From a virus (lineage: Duplodnaviria; Caudoviricetes), in the IMG/VR virus record IMGVR_UViG_3300030433_003096, positions 1 through 35,503 of that record: DNA of 35,503 bases; one strand, given 5' to 3'. How positions within the stretch are numbered: the stretch's first letter is position 1; every line of letters starts with the position of its first letter. A program made the translations under genes and the position numbers. Positions 9,762 to 20,900 of the stretch are shown here, in pieces. The notes under the pieces were generated by a model that was given only the letters and a program-made list of their open reading frames with translations, was not told where the DNA came from and made no database searches.

Positions 9762-12700
9762 TTAATATCCAGTAGTCGGTGATGCAACAGGCGATACAAC
9801 AGTGGCGACTGTTTGATTACTCTGCTCTTCTTCTCGGCTGTCTTCTTGTTGAAGATTGTTGCCTGCTATATCTAGCACTTGATTTGATTGTAAAGTCTGA
9901 TTTAAAACAGCACTTCCCGGTATACTTTGATCTTGGTTCTCTGGTTGCGATCTGCCTTGCGGTTTTCCTCGCAATTGATCTCCAAATAAAGTTCGTGACC
10001 CCTTATCTCTTTGTATAGGTGTAAGTGGATATGCCAATCTTGTTCTTCCATTGCCTGTCCTTAAGGTAGCAGGTGGCGTTCTTGGCTCGCCTTCACTAGT
10101 TAGTTCAAATCCAGTACCAGACGTAACAAATGATTGATTAAAGTTTTCAAAATCTATAATAAAATGTTCATTGTAAAAAGGTAATTCCAAAATTTTATAT
10201 CTCTTCACGCCATATAATTCTTTTTCATAAGGCACCATTCTGCACAGTATCTTTCCTTTCCGCTGGATCATTGTTTGCACCAATTCAAGAGTCAACTCAT
10301 TCCACATCGGCTGATTGATGTTTAATTTATTATTTTTGTTTAAACCAAAACCTGTTAAAAACTCTATCTTGACTATGTTTTTATAGTTTAGCAAAAAGAA
10401 AGAAAGAAATTCAGGATTTTGGTAGATTACTTTATTTTTTGGCTCAATTTGTTTAAATGTTGTAGTGCCATACATTTTTAAAGCATCCGTTGGCATGCCA
10501 AAATAATCTTCTGGTCCAACATTTAAAGAAGTAGAATCTATATATTCTCCTGTTGGATCATAGTTAAAAGCATGAGGCTTGTTGGATTTCATAACCTCTT
10601 TAAAAATATTGAACGCTGGGTTTTTTAGTGCCTTTGTGTGATCTAAGTGAAGCATTAGTGCTTTTACATGGTTTGGTGCTCTTTTTAGTGGAGAATTGCC
10701 TGTCTTGTACGAATCCGCATCGACATTGAACAGTGATCCCACTCCCGTTAAAAGACCCCATGCAAGGTACTCTTCATAAAATGTTTCTTCAAAATTCTTG
10801 ACATAGTAGTCCCAAGTCCACTGCTTTGTTGATAGCACTTTAAAAAACTGTTGTGCTAATGACGCAAAAAGAGCGCTCGACGTGTTTATAGTTGATTCAA
10901 AAATACTAACAGGATTGTATTGCTCTGAGTCGGAAGCCGTTTCAAGTAATTCAATAATATCTGTTGAATTAAAGGTCTCAGACCCATCTGGATATAATCC
11001 AGAGCCTACATATCCTCCCATTTTTGTGCCTTGCACAACTCCTCCAGAACTATCACTTGCATTTGATGACACGGATGTTTGCTGTAAATTCATCAAAGTT
11101 AACAAATCATACCTTACCTCATTATTTTGATTTGGCTGTATTATTTTATCGCCCCCTGAACCAACTCCCGTTGCAACAGAATTTTTTGGAAAATCAAACA
11201 CTTGTCCTGTGTTGAAGTTGTGCTTGATTATATTTAGCAAAGCATTGTCCAATTTTTTTAGGTCAGTTGGCATTTCTGGATTGGTATCGCTATTAATTAA
11301 AGAAATACTAGGAGATGTATCAAAATTAATAATCGACGGAGACAGATACGCATATTTTGTAAAATGTACGGAATCATCTGGATTAAGTGGGATGCCTTGT
11401 ATATTTTGCAACTCAGGAGGAAGTAAGTTTTTTAAGTCGTTTATTTGCTCCTGTATGTCGCTGTATGTTTGTTGGAACGTTTTTACGTTTTGTTCAAAAT
11501 TAGAAATTTTGATTTTTATTTCACTTGACTTAGTTTGATATTCTACTGCCGTAGTTTTTCCAATATTTTCATCAAACAAATCTTGCAATTCTTGTTCTGC
11601 TTTTTTTATTTGATTCTCATAATATTTAATTTGACCATTAATTGTGAATAATTCATACAAGAGATCATTAATTTGCTCTCCAACGCCAGTATCCTTCAAA
11701 GCAATGTCTGCCAGTGGGTCTTTGTAGATCAACATATTACTTGCGACATCAACATCTTCATCGGGAGAAGATGGGCTGTTGGGAAATACTGGGAAGAGTT
11801 TTTGTAATTCTATGTTGACTCTATTGACGTATTGTTCAAAAGATAAAGTTTTTAATCCATCTTGTATTGGTCCGTCCTCTTTGACAGTCTCATTACCAAT
11901 AGAAAGGTAATCATATCCTATTAAGTGATTGATTTCGCCTTTTATCTCTGTATTAAACTTGTGCTTTATAGTAAAATCTCTTCGTGGATTTGAGCCAGCA
12001 GTTAAATAAACTGATTGTCCTTTTCCGTCTGAGCCAACCTGTGGGGCGTCTACTGGCTTTTTGTACTTTGAAGCGGATGAAAAAACTTTTAGAATTTTAT
12101 TATAGATTGTTTCTAAAACGTTAAATACCGTTTCAACCCCCGAGGGACTACCCGCTTGAAGTGAAGATATTGTAGTCAACAAAGAATATGCGCCATATAT
12201 ATCTTCATCAAATGAAGAAAACTTTTCTAGAATTTGAAAGAATTCGGTAATTTTATTTGAAGCAAACCCTTGACCAAACTCTTCCTCTAATGCATCAATA
12301 CCCACAGACGTAAATCTATTTGTATATAAATTATAATATTTTGGATCTTCTTTGGCAACGCTTAAATAATCTTTCAACCCCGCAGTTAATACAAATCCAT
12401 ATAGCACAATCTGTAGTTCATTTATTCTGTCCATCATCCAAGGTATAATTGGATCTTTAATGTTCATTTCAACAGAAAAAATATAATCACCATCCATCGG
12501 AGTACCTGAATCCACCCCAGTATAAAACTTAACTTCATATGGGCTGTCGTCGTTTAAGAGAATATCTAAATCAATTTCTTTTACAGATCCGACAGCAATC
12601 TGTTTACCATCGCTGTTTTCCACTATATTAACAGCAGAAATTAAAACACCTTCATCATTTTCAGCGCTTGATACAACCAACTTAGGGGTTTCATTTAATA

Positions 12701-14009
12701 CCTCTTCATATATATCAATTGATGGATCTGCTGGGTTTTCTTCGTAGACCCTATGTCTGTAAACCTTAAAGTCTTTTACTAATTTTTGGTCTAAAAGTTG
12801 TTGTGCAGTTTCATTTGTTTGAAATAGATAATCTACCAGTTTAGGAAAAGCAGTATTTTGTTTTATAACCTCTTTCATATTTAAAGAGAATATATATCTT
12901 GTGTTTCCGAAGCCGTCCATTGCAGAATAAAAGTCTCCGAACACACTTTTAGGCTTTGAGTTTGCAAGACTTTTTATTATAGCCTCTTCTATATCATCCA
13001 CATCTTTCATGTATGGATTATCTCTTCCTGCTAATTTTTTGATTCCATCAATGTTGTTTTGTAATCTTTCTGTCGTTTCTTGGTTAAACCAAGAATTTGA
13101 AAACAGAGAATAATCAAAACTTAGTTTTTCTATTTCTATTATTTCTCTAAAGTCTTGTATAATATTGTTTGGAACTACAACAGAAGTAAGAAGAGGTCCC
13201 ATATCGTTACCTCCGGGTCCTGCCATATACCCTACATAATTATTTGGTCCGGGATTGTCTTCGCCATGATAATGCACAGGACCAGTCCACAACTCATTAG
13301 TATCTGTTATATAAAATTCTTGTGAAAAACTATTGATTGTTCCGTTATCAATTACTGGCTGAAAAGAAACACTGCCTTGAGACAATTGTTCAATAATTCC
13401 TTGAGGCAACTCTATATCACCAAACAAACCTTCATCTGTTTCAATTTTATCGATATCAATGTAAGCATGAGCAAAGTAGGATAGATGTTCTGTTTTTATT
13501 CCCCCATTGTTCGAAAAGACAGAAAAATTAAATTTGTATGGGAAAATATACACTTTATTCCCATTCTTATCATTTTTTACTTCTATAGAGTTTGCGAACT
13601 CTTCTGCTGATTCCGGTGCCTCGCCTAGATAATCTGAGAAATCTGCGTAAATTGCATCTTGCCCTATTGCAGCATATGGCGTCTGAAGCAATTGTTGTGT
13701 ATCACTAGCATTAGTAGTTTGTGAAACTTTTATTCTTAAATATTTTGTGAAGTCATTTTTTAAAAATGTTGAATAAATGTTGTCTGATGTTACATCAAAG
13801 CCAACCTGTATCGCCAGCAGCACTTCGACATTCATTTTTTTTGGTGCCTGTACAGCATCGTCATTTGCGTTTAATATGGCGTTAGTATAAGATAAATCAT
13901 CGCCATTTAGATCGATATGTGGCTCATCTGTTTTTTTAAGCAGATCTGTGCCTCCATCTAAAATGATAGACAAAAATTTAACTTGTGGTATTTTAAAACC
14001 CAGTGCCAT
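9762..14009 (-). CDS. Large hypothetical putative virion protein (~1415 aa) with internal coiled coil
   Basis: Long uninterrupted ORF in the baseplate cluster. The more likely start is the ATG at 14009, which forms a TGATG overlap with the upstream stop, rather than the TTG at 14015. No family recognised. Confidence 0.6.
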   Translation of the reverse strand: MALGFKIPQVKFLSIILDGGTDLLKKTDEPHIDLNGDDLSYTNAILNANDDAVQAPKKMNVEVLLAIQVGFDVTSDNIYSTFLKNDFTKYLRIKVSQTTNASDTQQLLQTPYAAIGQDAIYADFSDYLGEAPESAEEFANSIEVKNDKNGNKVYIFPYKFNFSVFSNNGGIKTEHLSYFAHAYIDIDKIETDEGLFGDIELPQGIIEQLSQGSVSFQPVIDNGTINSFSQEFYITDTNELWTGPVHYHGEDNPGPNNYVGYMAGPGGNDMGPLLTSVVVPNNIIQDFREIIEIEKLSFDYSLFSNSWFNQETTERLQNNIDGIKKLAGRDNPYMKDVDDIEEAIIKSLANSKPKSVFGDFYSAMDGFGNTRYIFSLNMKEVIKQNTAFPKLVDYLFQTNETAQQLLDQKLVKDFKVYRHRVYEENPADPSIDIYEEVLNETPKLVVSSAENDEGVLISAVNIVENSDGKQIAVGSVKEIDLDILLNDDSPYEVKFYTGVDSGTPMDGDYIFSVEMNIKDPIIPWMMDRINELQIVLYGFVLTAGLKDYLSVAKEDPKYYNLYTNRFTSVGIDALEEEFGQGFASNKITEFFQILEKFSSFDEDIYGAYSLLTTISSLQAGSPSGVETVFNVLETIYNKILKVFSSASKYKKPVDAPQVGSDGKGQSVYLTAGSNPRRDFTIKHKFNTEIKGEINHLIGYDYLSIGNETVKEDGPIQDGLKTLSFEQYVNRVNIELQKLFPVFPNSPSSPDEDVDVASNMLIYKDPLADIALKDTGVGEQINDLLYELFTINGQIKYYENQIKKAEQELQDLFDENIGKTTAVEYQTKSSEIKIKISNFEQNVKTFQQTYSDIQEQINDLKNLLPPELQNIQGIPLNPDDSVHFTKYAYLSPSIINFDTSPSISLINSDTNPEMPTDLKKLDNALLNIIKHNFNTGQVFDFPKNSVATGVGSGGDKIIQPNQNNEVRYDLLTLMNLQQTSVSSNASDSSGGVVQGTKMGGYVGSGLYPDGSETFNSTDIIELLETASDSEQYNPVSIFESTINTSSALFASLAQQFFKVLSTKQWTWDYYVKNFEETFYEEYLAWGLLTGVGSLFNVDADSYKTGNSPLKRAPNHVKALMLHLDHTKALKNPAFNIFKEVMKSNKPHAFNYDPTGEYIDSTSLNVGPEDYFGMPTDALKMYGTTTFKQIEPKNKVIYQNPEFLSFFLLNYKNIVKIEFLTGFGLNKNNKLNINQPMWNELTLELVQTMIQRKGKILCRMVPYEKELYGVKRYKILELPFYNEHFIIDFENFNQSFVTSGTGFELTSEGEPRTPPATLRTGNGRTRLAYPLTPIQRDKGSRTLFGDQLRGKPQGRSQPENQDQSIPGSAVLNQTLQSNQVLDIAGNNLQQEDSREEEQSNQTVATVVSPVASPTTGY

Positions 14010-14947
14010 CAGCAAGGCTCCTCATTGTTTTCCGGTGTCTTATATATACTCACAGAGTTTACCAGACCAATGTCGTCTCCGATTTCATCATCAACTCTTA
14101 CATCAAAATAAAATTCAACGTTTTTAGCGGTTAATTCTACATTTTGATTTGTTTGTTCTGAGTAGTATACATTATTATCGACTTTTTCTCCACTAATAAA
14201 TTCAAGCGGGTAAAGTGTCTCTTTTACTTGATTAGAGTCTGGCTCTTCTACAATTTCGTAAACCTCTATTTCAAAATTTTCATTTTCAAAAAGAGAATTA
14301 AACTCTGACATATCTACCAAAATAAAACCCTTTTCAATTTCGATATATGTGTTATCTGGGAAAACTGTCACATTGTCTTTTTGTTTGATTTCTTCTTTTT
14401 CTTTTTCAGTCGCTGGTGCTTCTTTTGAATATATGTCATAAAAAGCTTCAACACTTAACTGTGGTATTTTTAATAATCCAGATGAGCCAGTATAATCAGT
14501 AATAGGTCCTTTTATTTCTCCATTGGAAAACTTCAAATCCCATGCAGGAACGTTGTTAGAGTTATACTTGCTTACACCCATGGGAAGACCCATGCTATAA
14601 TAGTTCTCAATTGCACTTGGAGGCTTTGATAATTCAGCAAGTTTTTGCTCTAGCGTTAACTCAATTGAATCAGTAGTTACCTCTGAAAGTTTTGCGATAT
14701 TTGTTTCAACGCCTGAATAGTTATACTGCGTCTCTGGTCGGATAGCATCTCTAATTCTGTCAGATGCATCTGTAGAATGTTCTAAAGCCTGAGATGAACC
14801 AGCCGACATGTATTGGCTGTCATAGGTTACATCATCGTCGAAAAAAGCATAATATGTAGGCTTAAATACACCACGAGATAGTAGGCTTTTGCCATATTGG
14901 GTTACTTGGAGTTCTAGGACTTGTTCTTTTTTATTTAAAAACTTCAT
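14009..14947 (-). CDS. Virion structural protein, N-terminus paralogous to the 322-aa protein
   Basis: MKFLNKKEQVLELQVTQYGKSLLSRGVFKPTYYAFFDDDVTYD aligns by eye with MAFLDNSGDIILDAVLTDAGRARLARGDGSFKIVKYAFADDEIDY. Confidence 0.6.
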   Translation of the reverse strand: MKFLNKKEQVLELQVTQYGKSLLSRGVFKPTYYAFFDDDVTYDSQYMSAGSSQALEHSTDASDRIRDAIRPETQYNYSGVETNIAKLSEVTTDSIELTLEQKLAELSKPPSAIENYYSMGLPMGVSKYNSNNVPAWDLKFSNGEIKGPITDYTGSSGLLKIPQLSVEAFYDIYSKEAPATEKEKEEIKQKDNVTVFPDNTYIEIEKGFILVDMSEFNSLFENENFEIEVYEIVEEPDSNQVKETLYPLEFISGEKVDNNVYYSEQTNQNVELTAKNVEFYFDVRVDDEIGDDIGLVNSVSIYKTPENNEEPC

Positions 14948-14952
14948 TTCTT

Positions 14953-14961
14953 ATAACTAGA
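14953..14961 (-). promoter_or_regulatory. Candidate promoter motif variant TCTAGTTAT
   Basis: CTAnTTA core in the 20-nt gap, 5 nt upstream of an ATG that has no clear RBS. Confidence 0.3.
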
Positions 14962-14967
14962 TCACCC

Positions 14968-17900
14968 TTAAATATCTGATGGGTCTATTAAGCCAAAGTT
15001 TGGCAATTTTCCTTTATCTACTGCAACCATGCCGCCTTTTTCATTTGTGCTTACTGGTGTTGACATTGATTTCAAGTTTTCAGTAATTTCTTCGTTCAAT
15101 ACTATTGCTGGATAATCACTAGTTGGGATGTCCACGCCGCTTTCTTCGGATTCTTCCACAGTTGACTTAAGTTTTCTTGGCTTAATCTTAATATCTGTCT
15201 CTATTTTAGCCAACTCTACTAATGAAAAGAAATCATACGGCCAATTGTAACTGTATACATAGTCTTTTTCAAAGCCAGATTTCATTGTGTACGCAGTTCC
15301 CAATTCACCTAATTCCAAGTCAAACCCAAAGTTTTGTCCATTTTTGGATGTTTGAATAGCCTCGTAGTTGTTCTTTGCTCTTTGCTTAACTTTAAAAACT
15401 TTCCATCGCATCTCTTTTGGAAAAATTCTATTCTCTGGTATTTGCTCTGCATTTTGCTCAAGTAAAAACTTTGGATCTACTCCGAAAAAGTCTAAATCTC
15501 CAGTTAAAACCGAATGTTGGATGGTTGCTGTTTCTTCTTCGGCTGTCACTGATATATCGGGCATCATGTTTTGCCAAATTAATGAAAGATCATTTCTAGA
15601 CAACTCATGGCTAAAGTCGAATATGTACATAACAAATGGACCCATATTTGGATCATCCCTAACACTTAGGTTATTTAAAAAGTCAAATTGCGGGGGAATG
15701 ATAAATTTCTTCATCTTTTTAATCATATCACTTATAGACGTTTCAGGTATATCTATTGTCAATCCTTCAATGTCTCCTGCTTTCACTGCCACTCCGTGAT
15801 CTTTAAGATTCATTAATTGCATATTGAATGATTGTTTGCTTATCTTGACATGTGACCCGTCTGGGTTCATCGGAATTGCTACAATCGCTTCACTAATCTT
15901 TTTACTACTAGCCATTGTTCCAATTCTTCGTGCAGAAGTTTTTGTATCAAACCCACAAACATCGATCAATGATCCTGTTGTTTCTATTTTAAACGTTCCG
16001 TCAACAGTCGTTATATCGACTAGGGATGTTCCTCTTGTTGGAACTCTCCCAGTGCGGGGGTCTACGATGCTTGCGTCCGTTGTCTTGACGGGTGCTTCAG
16101 TTGCATTGACAAGTTGCGGAGCGGAATCTCGTATTTCCAATATAATTCCTTCATTTGCTTGAGGAAGAGAGCCAAACGTTCTCCACATTCCAGTTGTTAA
16201 TTGCCTTTCATTCCCATCACCGTTAGAATATGTTGTTAAAATGTCATGATTTGAAAAGTCTAATACAGGACATTCAAATTTTGTCTCCATAATCCATCGA
16301 TCGTTTTCATTATCGGCTTCTGAAAAATCAGATACCCCAACTGGATTAAATTTAACTTCTCCTGTAGTTGGATCCACAAAAGGTGCAAATGAAACATTTT
16401 TATTTGCAAATCTACTAAACAAATTCATTGATGAATCTAGTTGCATTTGGTTTCTATAAGCCGCAGTTCCTGATGCAAAGTTTTCCAATCCATACGCATC
16501 TTCTCCTGTTATTGGATCTTTTATTTGTTTGTATTGAAAAACTCCATTGGAGTGCTGATTTTTATTAAAATAGAACGTTTGAATATCTGCTCCTGCAAAT
16601 ATTTCTGATAAAGTAAACTTATCTGATTCTCCTACATCCATATTGGGTCTTGCTATATGTGGTCTAAAAGCAATTCTTGCCACGGCATCACCATAAAAAT
16701 ATGGAGGGGTATATGGGGCGTTTCCGGGATCACCAAGTTGTTTTAATATTATCTCTTGCTTTAATTCCATTCTAGCGTTCATGTCACCATTACTAACGAA
16801 ATAAGGACCATAATGCATGCCACGACATCCAACAGATCCTGTAAACGATGCACCCGATCCACCATTAGAAGCAGTGTTCCGTGTTGCATTTAAAAATAAC
16901 CTATCAGGTCCTTCGTACATTTTAAAGCCATCAGTTTTTCTTAAAATAACATCCATTTGATAGACTGTTCCTGATCTCATTGTTTTGAAATCTTTTTGCG
17001 GTTTTGACACAAAGTTTGATAACTTTCCTTCATGCAAGAAAAAATCTACAGACTCTGCTAGGAAGTTATTCATTGCCAAATTATACTCCTCTTTAAACTC
17101 TCCAGTCCAAGCAAAATTTGGAGATGGCTTTTCTTCACCTGATGGGCTCCACCAGTCGACGAATTCTTCTGAGCCGGGGTTAGAGTATCTCCTAGCATGG
17201 CTGCTTTGCCCGAGAAAATCTCCAGTTCCTCCGCTCATATAATTGTTCCAGATATGGAATATTTTTGCATCAGGTCTATCACCCAGTTCTTCATTTTGAT
17301 TTTCATTTATTGAAGGGAGATTTTGATTTGGAGCATACAGCGCTTCAAAGGGCAGTCTCCAGTGTGGCTCAAAATTACAAACACCTCCTGCTCTATATCC
17401 ATAAGTTCCAACAATACCATTGCTACTTTCCGGTGGGTCCATAGATGCCACGGAGGCAGTTATAACTGGCCAGTCAACTGCAATTCCAGACTTAATAGTG
17501 TTGAACATAATTCCCGGCGCAAAGAATGGCTGCATTAAAGCAGCAACTTTTTGTGCTTCAGTATGACCAGTTTCTCCTTCAGCAGAAAATTTATCATAAG
17601 AGCCTGTTGTGTATGGCGCAAAAGAAGATGAAAACATCTGCCCCAATTGAACAGTTCTTAGCGCTGGGTAGAACCCTTGATAAGGTAAAAGTTTCTTTAT
17701 AGCCTTACATTTTAATTTTATCTTCGAAGGATAATATATGTGATTGTCTGCTGTAACTTCTGAGTCGACATGATCTTCTCGGATAACTTCGAAGTGCTTG
17801 AGGAAATCTGAGTGTGAGTAAATTTTGTAAAATTCTTTATTAATATCACTGGAGTTTCCGGCTTCAGTTGTAGCGCTAGATGTATTGTCTAGACTTGCGC

Positions 17901-20900
17901 CCGGAAGGTCTAAATATTTCAGATTTACAGGGGGCAAGCCGGAGAACTTTCCATTTGTCAAGCCTTTGTTTAAATAGTATTCCATATGTTCAGAGATCTT
18001 AAACTCTGGTAGCACCGTATAGTCTTTACCTATTCGTCTGATGTCGTTTGAATATTCATCATACGAATTAAACCATGGGTTTCTGCTAGAAGTTAAGTTT
18101 GCTGTCCACTCAGGTATGAGACTCATATGAGCGATTGTGTAACTATCGTTGCCATTATTTGGATCGCTTCCAGATAAAGCAAAGTTTGTATACTCATAGC
18201 TTAAAGATGCAGTTGGAGGCGAAGATGAACTTAACGTAGATGGTTCTGAAGCACCTAAGCCTTGCATTGGAACCCTATATAAATTATATATCCAATTGCC
18301 GTAAGACAATTCTCCGTTCCTTGATTTTAAATCTATAGTTGCTGGTAAATTAAGTGATCCTTCACCTTCACCAGTGGCGCTAATGCCTTGGATCGCTCCG
18401 TCAGAACCTGTCGGAGCAATATCTACAATTGGATAGAATGCATCCAAAGGCCAACAACTTAAATCAATAACGTTTTCATATGATGTTGTCTTAAATGAAC
18501 CCACATCAATAGGAGTTCCAAATGAATTTGAAGCAAAACCAATAGAACGCAATCTATCAAAAGGCTTGTCTTTCCAAAAAGTTCTCGCTTTCCCCAATGA
18601 TCTATTAAATTCATCTGATCCGCTGGCTTCATCATAATACTCTCTCATTCTAGTTTTTTTCAAAAAAGTAAAAGATTCTTTAGGATACACAACTTCTCTA
18701 TAAGATATTAAAGATGCTTTTTTGACAGGATTTAAGCCTAAAAGATATCCGTCATTTTCACTGTTTAAATATATTCTTTTTATATTATCATAAGTTTGAA
18801 CTTCATATTCGGGTTGGAATCCTATGATTTCTGTCATGCTTCTCAGCACATTTTTAATACCCCTTGTGTTCAGCAAAGTAAAATAAACTAGATTATTTCC
18901 ATAACTGCTTTTTATATTAATTTTATCTCCGCCGAGACCTAAACCGGTTGAGTCTTTATAATTAAACAATTGTAACTGCTGGAAGATTGGCTTATATTTA
19001 GAACTTACAGGAGGCTCCGTATATGAATGTAAAACATTTTGATCTAATTTTATTGTTGCGCCATTATCTAGAGTTATAGAACTTGCAGTTACTTTTAGCA
19101 AAGATATTCTATTGTTTTTCTTCATATCTTTTACTAAGAGATTATCAGCCTGTCTAACCTGTTTCCAAGAAGAAAATCCACCCGCACCGTTGAATCCTAA
19201 TAGTTGTAAATTTAATCCTTGAGGTGGTTCTGCGCCGCCAACAGCGCCGTCAACAAATGTTGCGCCAACAAAATCTGAATTAAATCTTAGAGAAATTGTA
19301 TTTTCACTTAACTGAGTTTGGTCTGCATATGCAAAAGAATTAAGAGCAACAAACGGCTGGGGGTAGAAATTTTCTCCTGCTTGATCTTGTGGGCGACCAA
19401 GTATGGGCTTGCCACTTGCCAATTTCGATGTATCTATGAAAGTCCCAAAATCACTTGCACTAACAAATGTTATATCTGTTGATGCCATTGAAGCATTTGC
19501 AGGATTAGGCTGTGCATATCCAAAGGGCGCTGTCAACGCTGACGCAGTTATCCAACTGTATTGCAAATCGCTTTGCGGTATCATGTGCTGTACAAAAGCA
19601 TTATCAAATGTAGATCCTGTTATAAGGTCTAGTCCCAAGCCGTCATGAGCGCCTATATCTGGTTCTCCACTTATTTTTAGTCTTTTTGCGCCATTTCTCT
19701 GTGTCTTGTGGAATGAGGCAGACGGCTCTCCCAAAACACTATCATACCCACCAAATGCAGAATGTTTGGTTAACAATTCTCTTAGCGGCGAGCGAACCGC
19801 TAAGTTCCTGTATGGCAAAGCATTATAAACAGAAAAGCTCTCAGATTCTACATCCAAATAACCCGCACCCATAGTTTCGGGACCACCGGGGGCAGAAAAT
19901 CTGTTTACAAAGACATACTTATTCTGTCCACGGTCAGGAATAGTTCTGTCAAACAAGCCACTAACAGATGTGGATGCCGTTGAACCTGTGCTAATTCCTG
20001 AGTTTTGGACAAAATAATTATTATTTATTGACCTTCCAGCAATTTGAACTATTTCATAATCATGTGAATAATTTCCAAGTGCAATTGAAGATCCGAGATC
20101 ATTGGTTGTTCCCACGCCGGGATTACTTGAACTAGTTGTGTTTTTAATGTTTTTGATATTCACATAACTTTTTGCTATGTGGTCTCTAGAATATCCTGCT
20201 CTGGGGTGTCCGGCGGCTATTGCAGATGGATTATAAATTACGAATAATGTTTTTCCACCAACAATACTAGTTGCTGTATACCAACCTTCTTGCCTAGTAG
20301 AGGCAAGACCGATGTTTAATCCCGTGTGTCTATATTGATATCCGCCTACGTGTTGCTCTGTAAACGGTCCCTGCATTGGCACGTCTTTAGTTTCAGAATA
20401 ATAATCTTGTAAATGCTGCGCTGTTCTAAAGTAGCCAGTTGGATCTTCATTTGGGTTTGCTGTTGATGAGCTGTAAAATACTACGGGTGATACCATTTGA
20501 CCTTGGAATCTAGATCCTACAGCATCTCCCTCAACTTTAAACTGTGGTTTAAATTTAAATTGTGGGTTTATTTTTTCTGTATCATCACAATCTGCTGGCT
20601 TGCTGAAAGATGCAGTGCTAAATGATATATTTTTCCCTGTTGCAGGTGGAGTCTCTGCAAAAATAAATTGTCTTTTATTTAAGTCTTGTCTCAAAGCCAA
20701 GCGGTCGATGCCCAATTTGATCGGAGAACATAAAGTTCTATTTAAAACCTGAACTGACGCAGAATGGATTGTTGCTCTATCTAGATCAACACCCTGATTT
20801 CCTGTGTCAAGATTTGCATCGCCTCTTGTGACTCGCTTGTTCCACCAAAAACAATTTTGATCTTGATTAGAGTGTAATCCACCACCGAATCCAGTAGATA

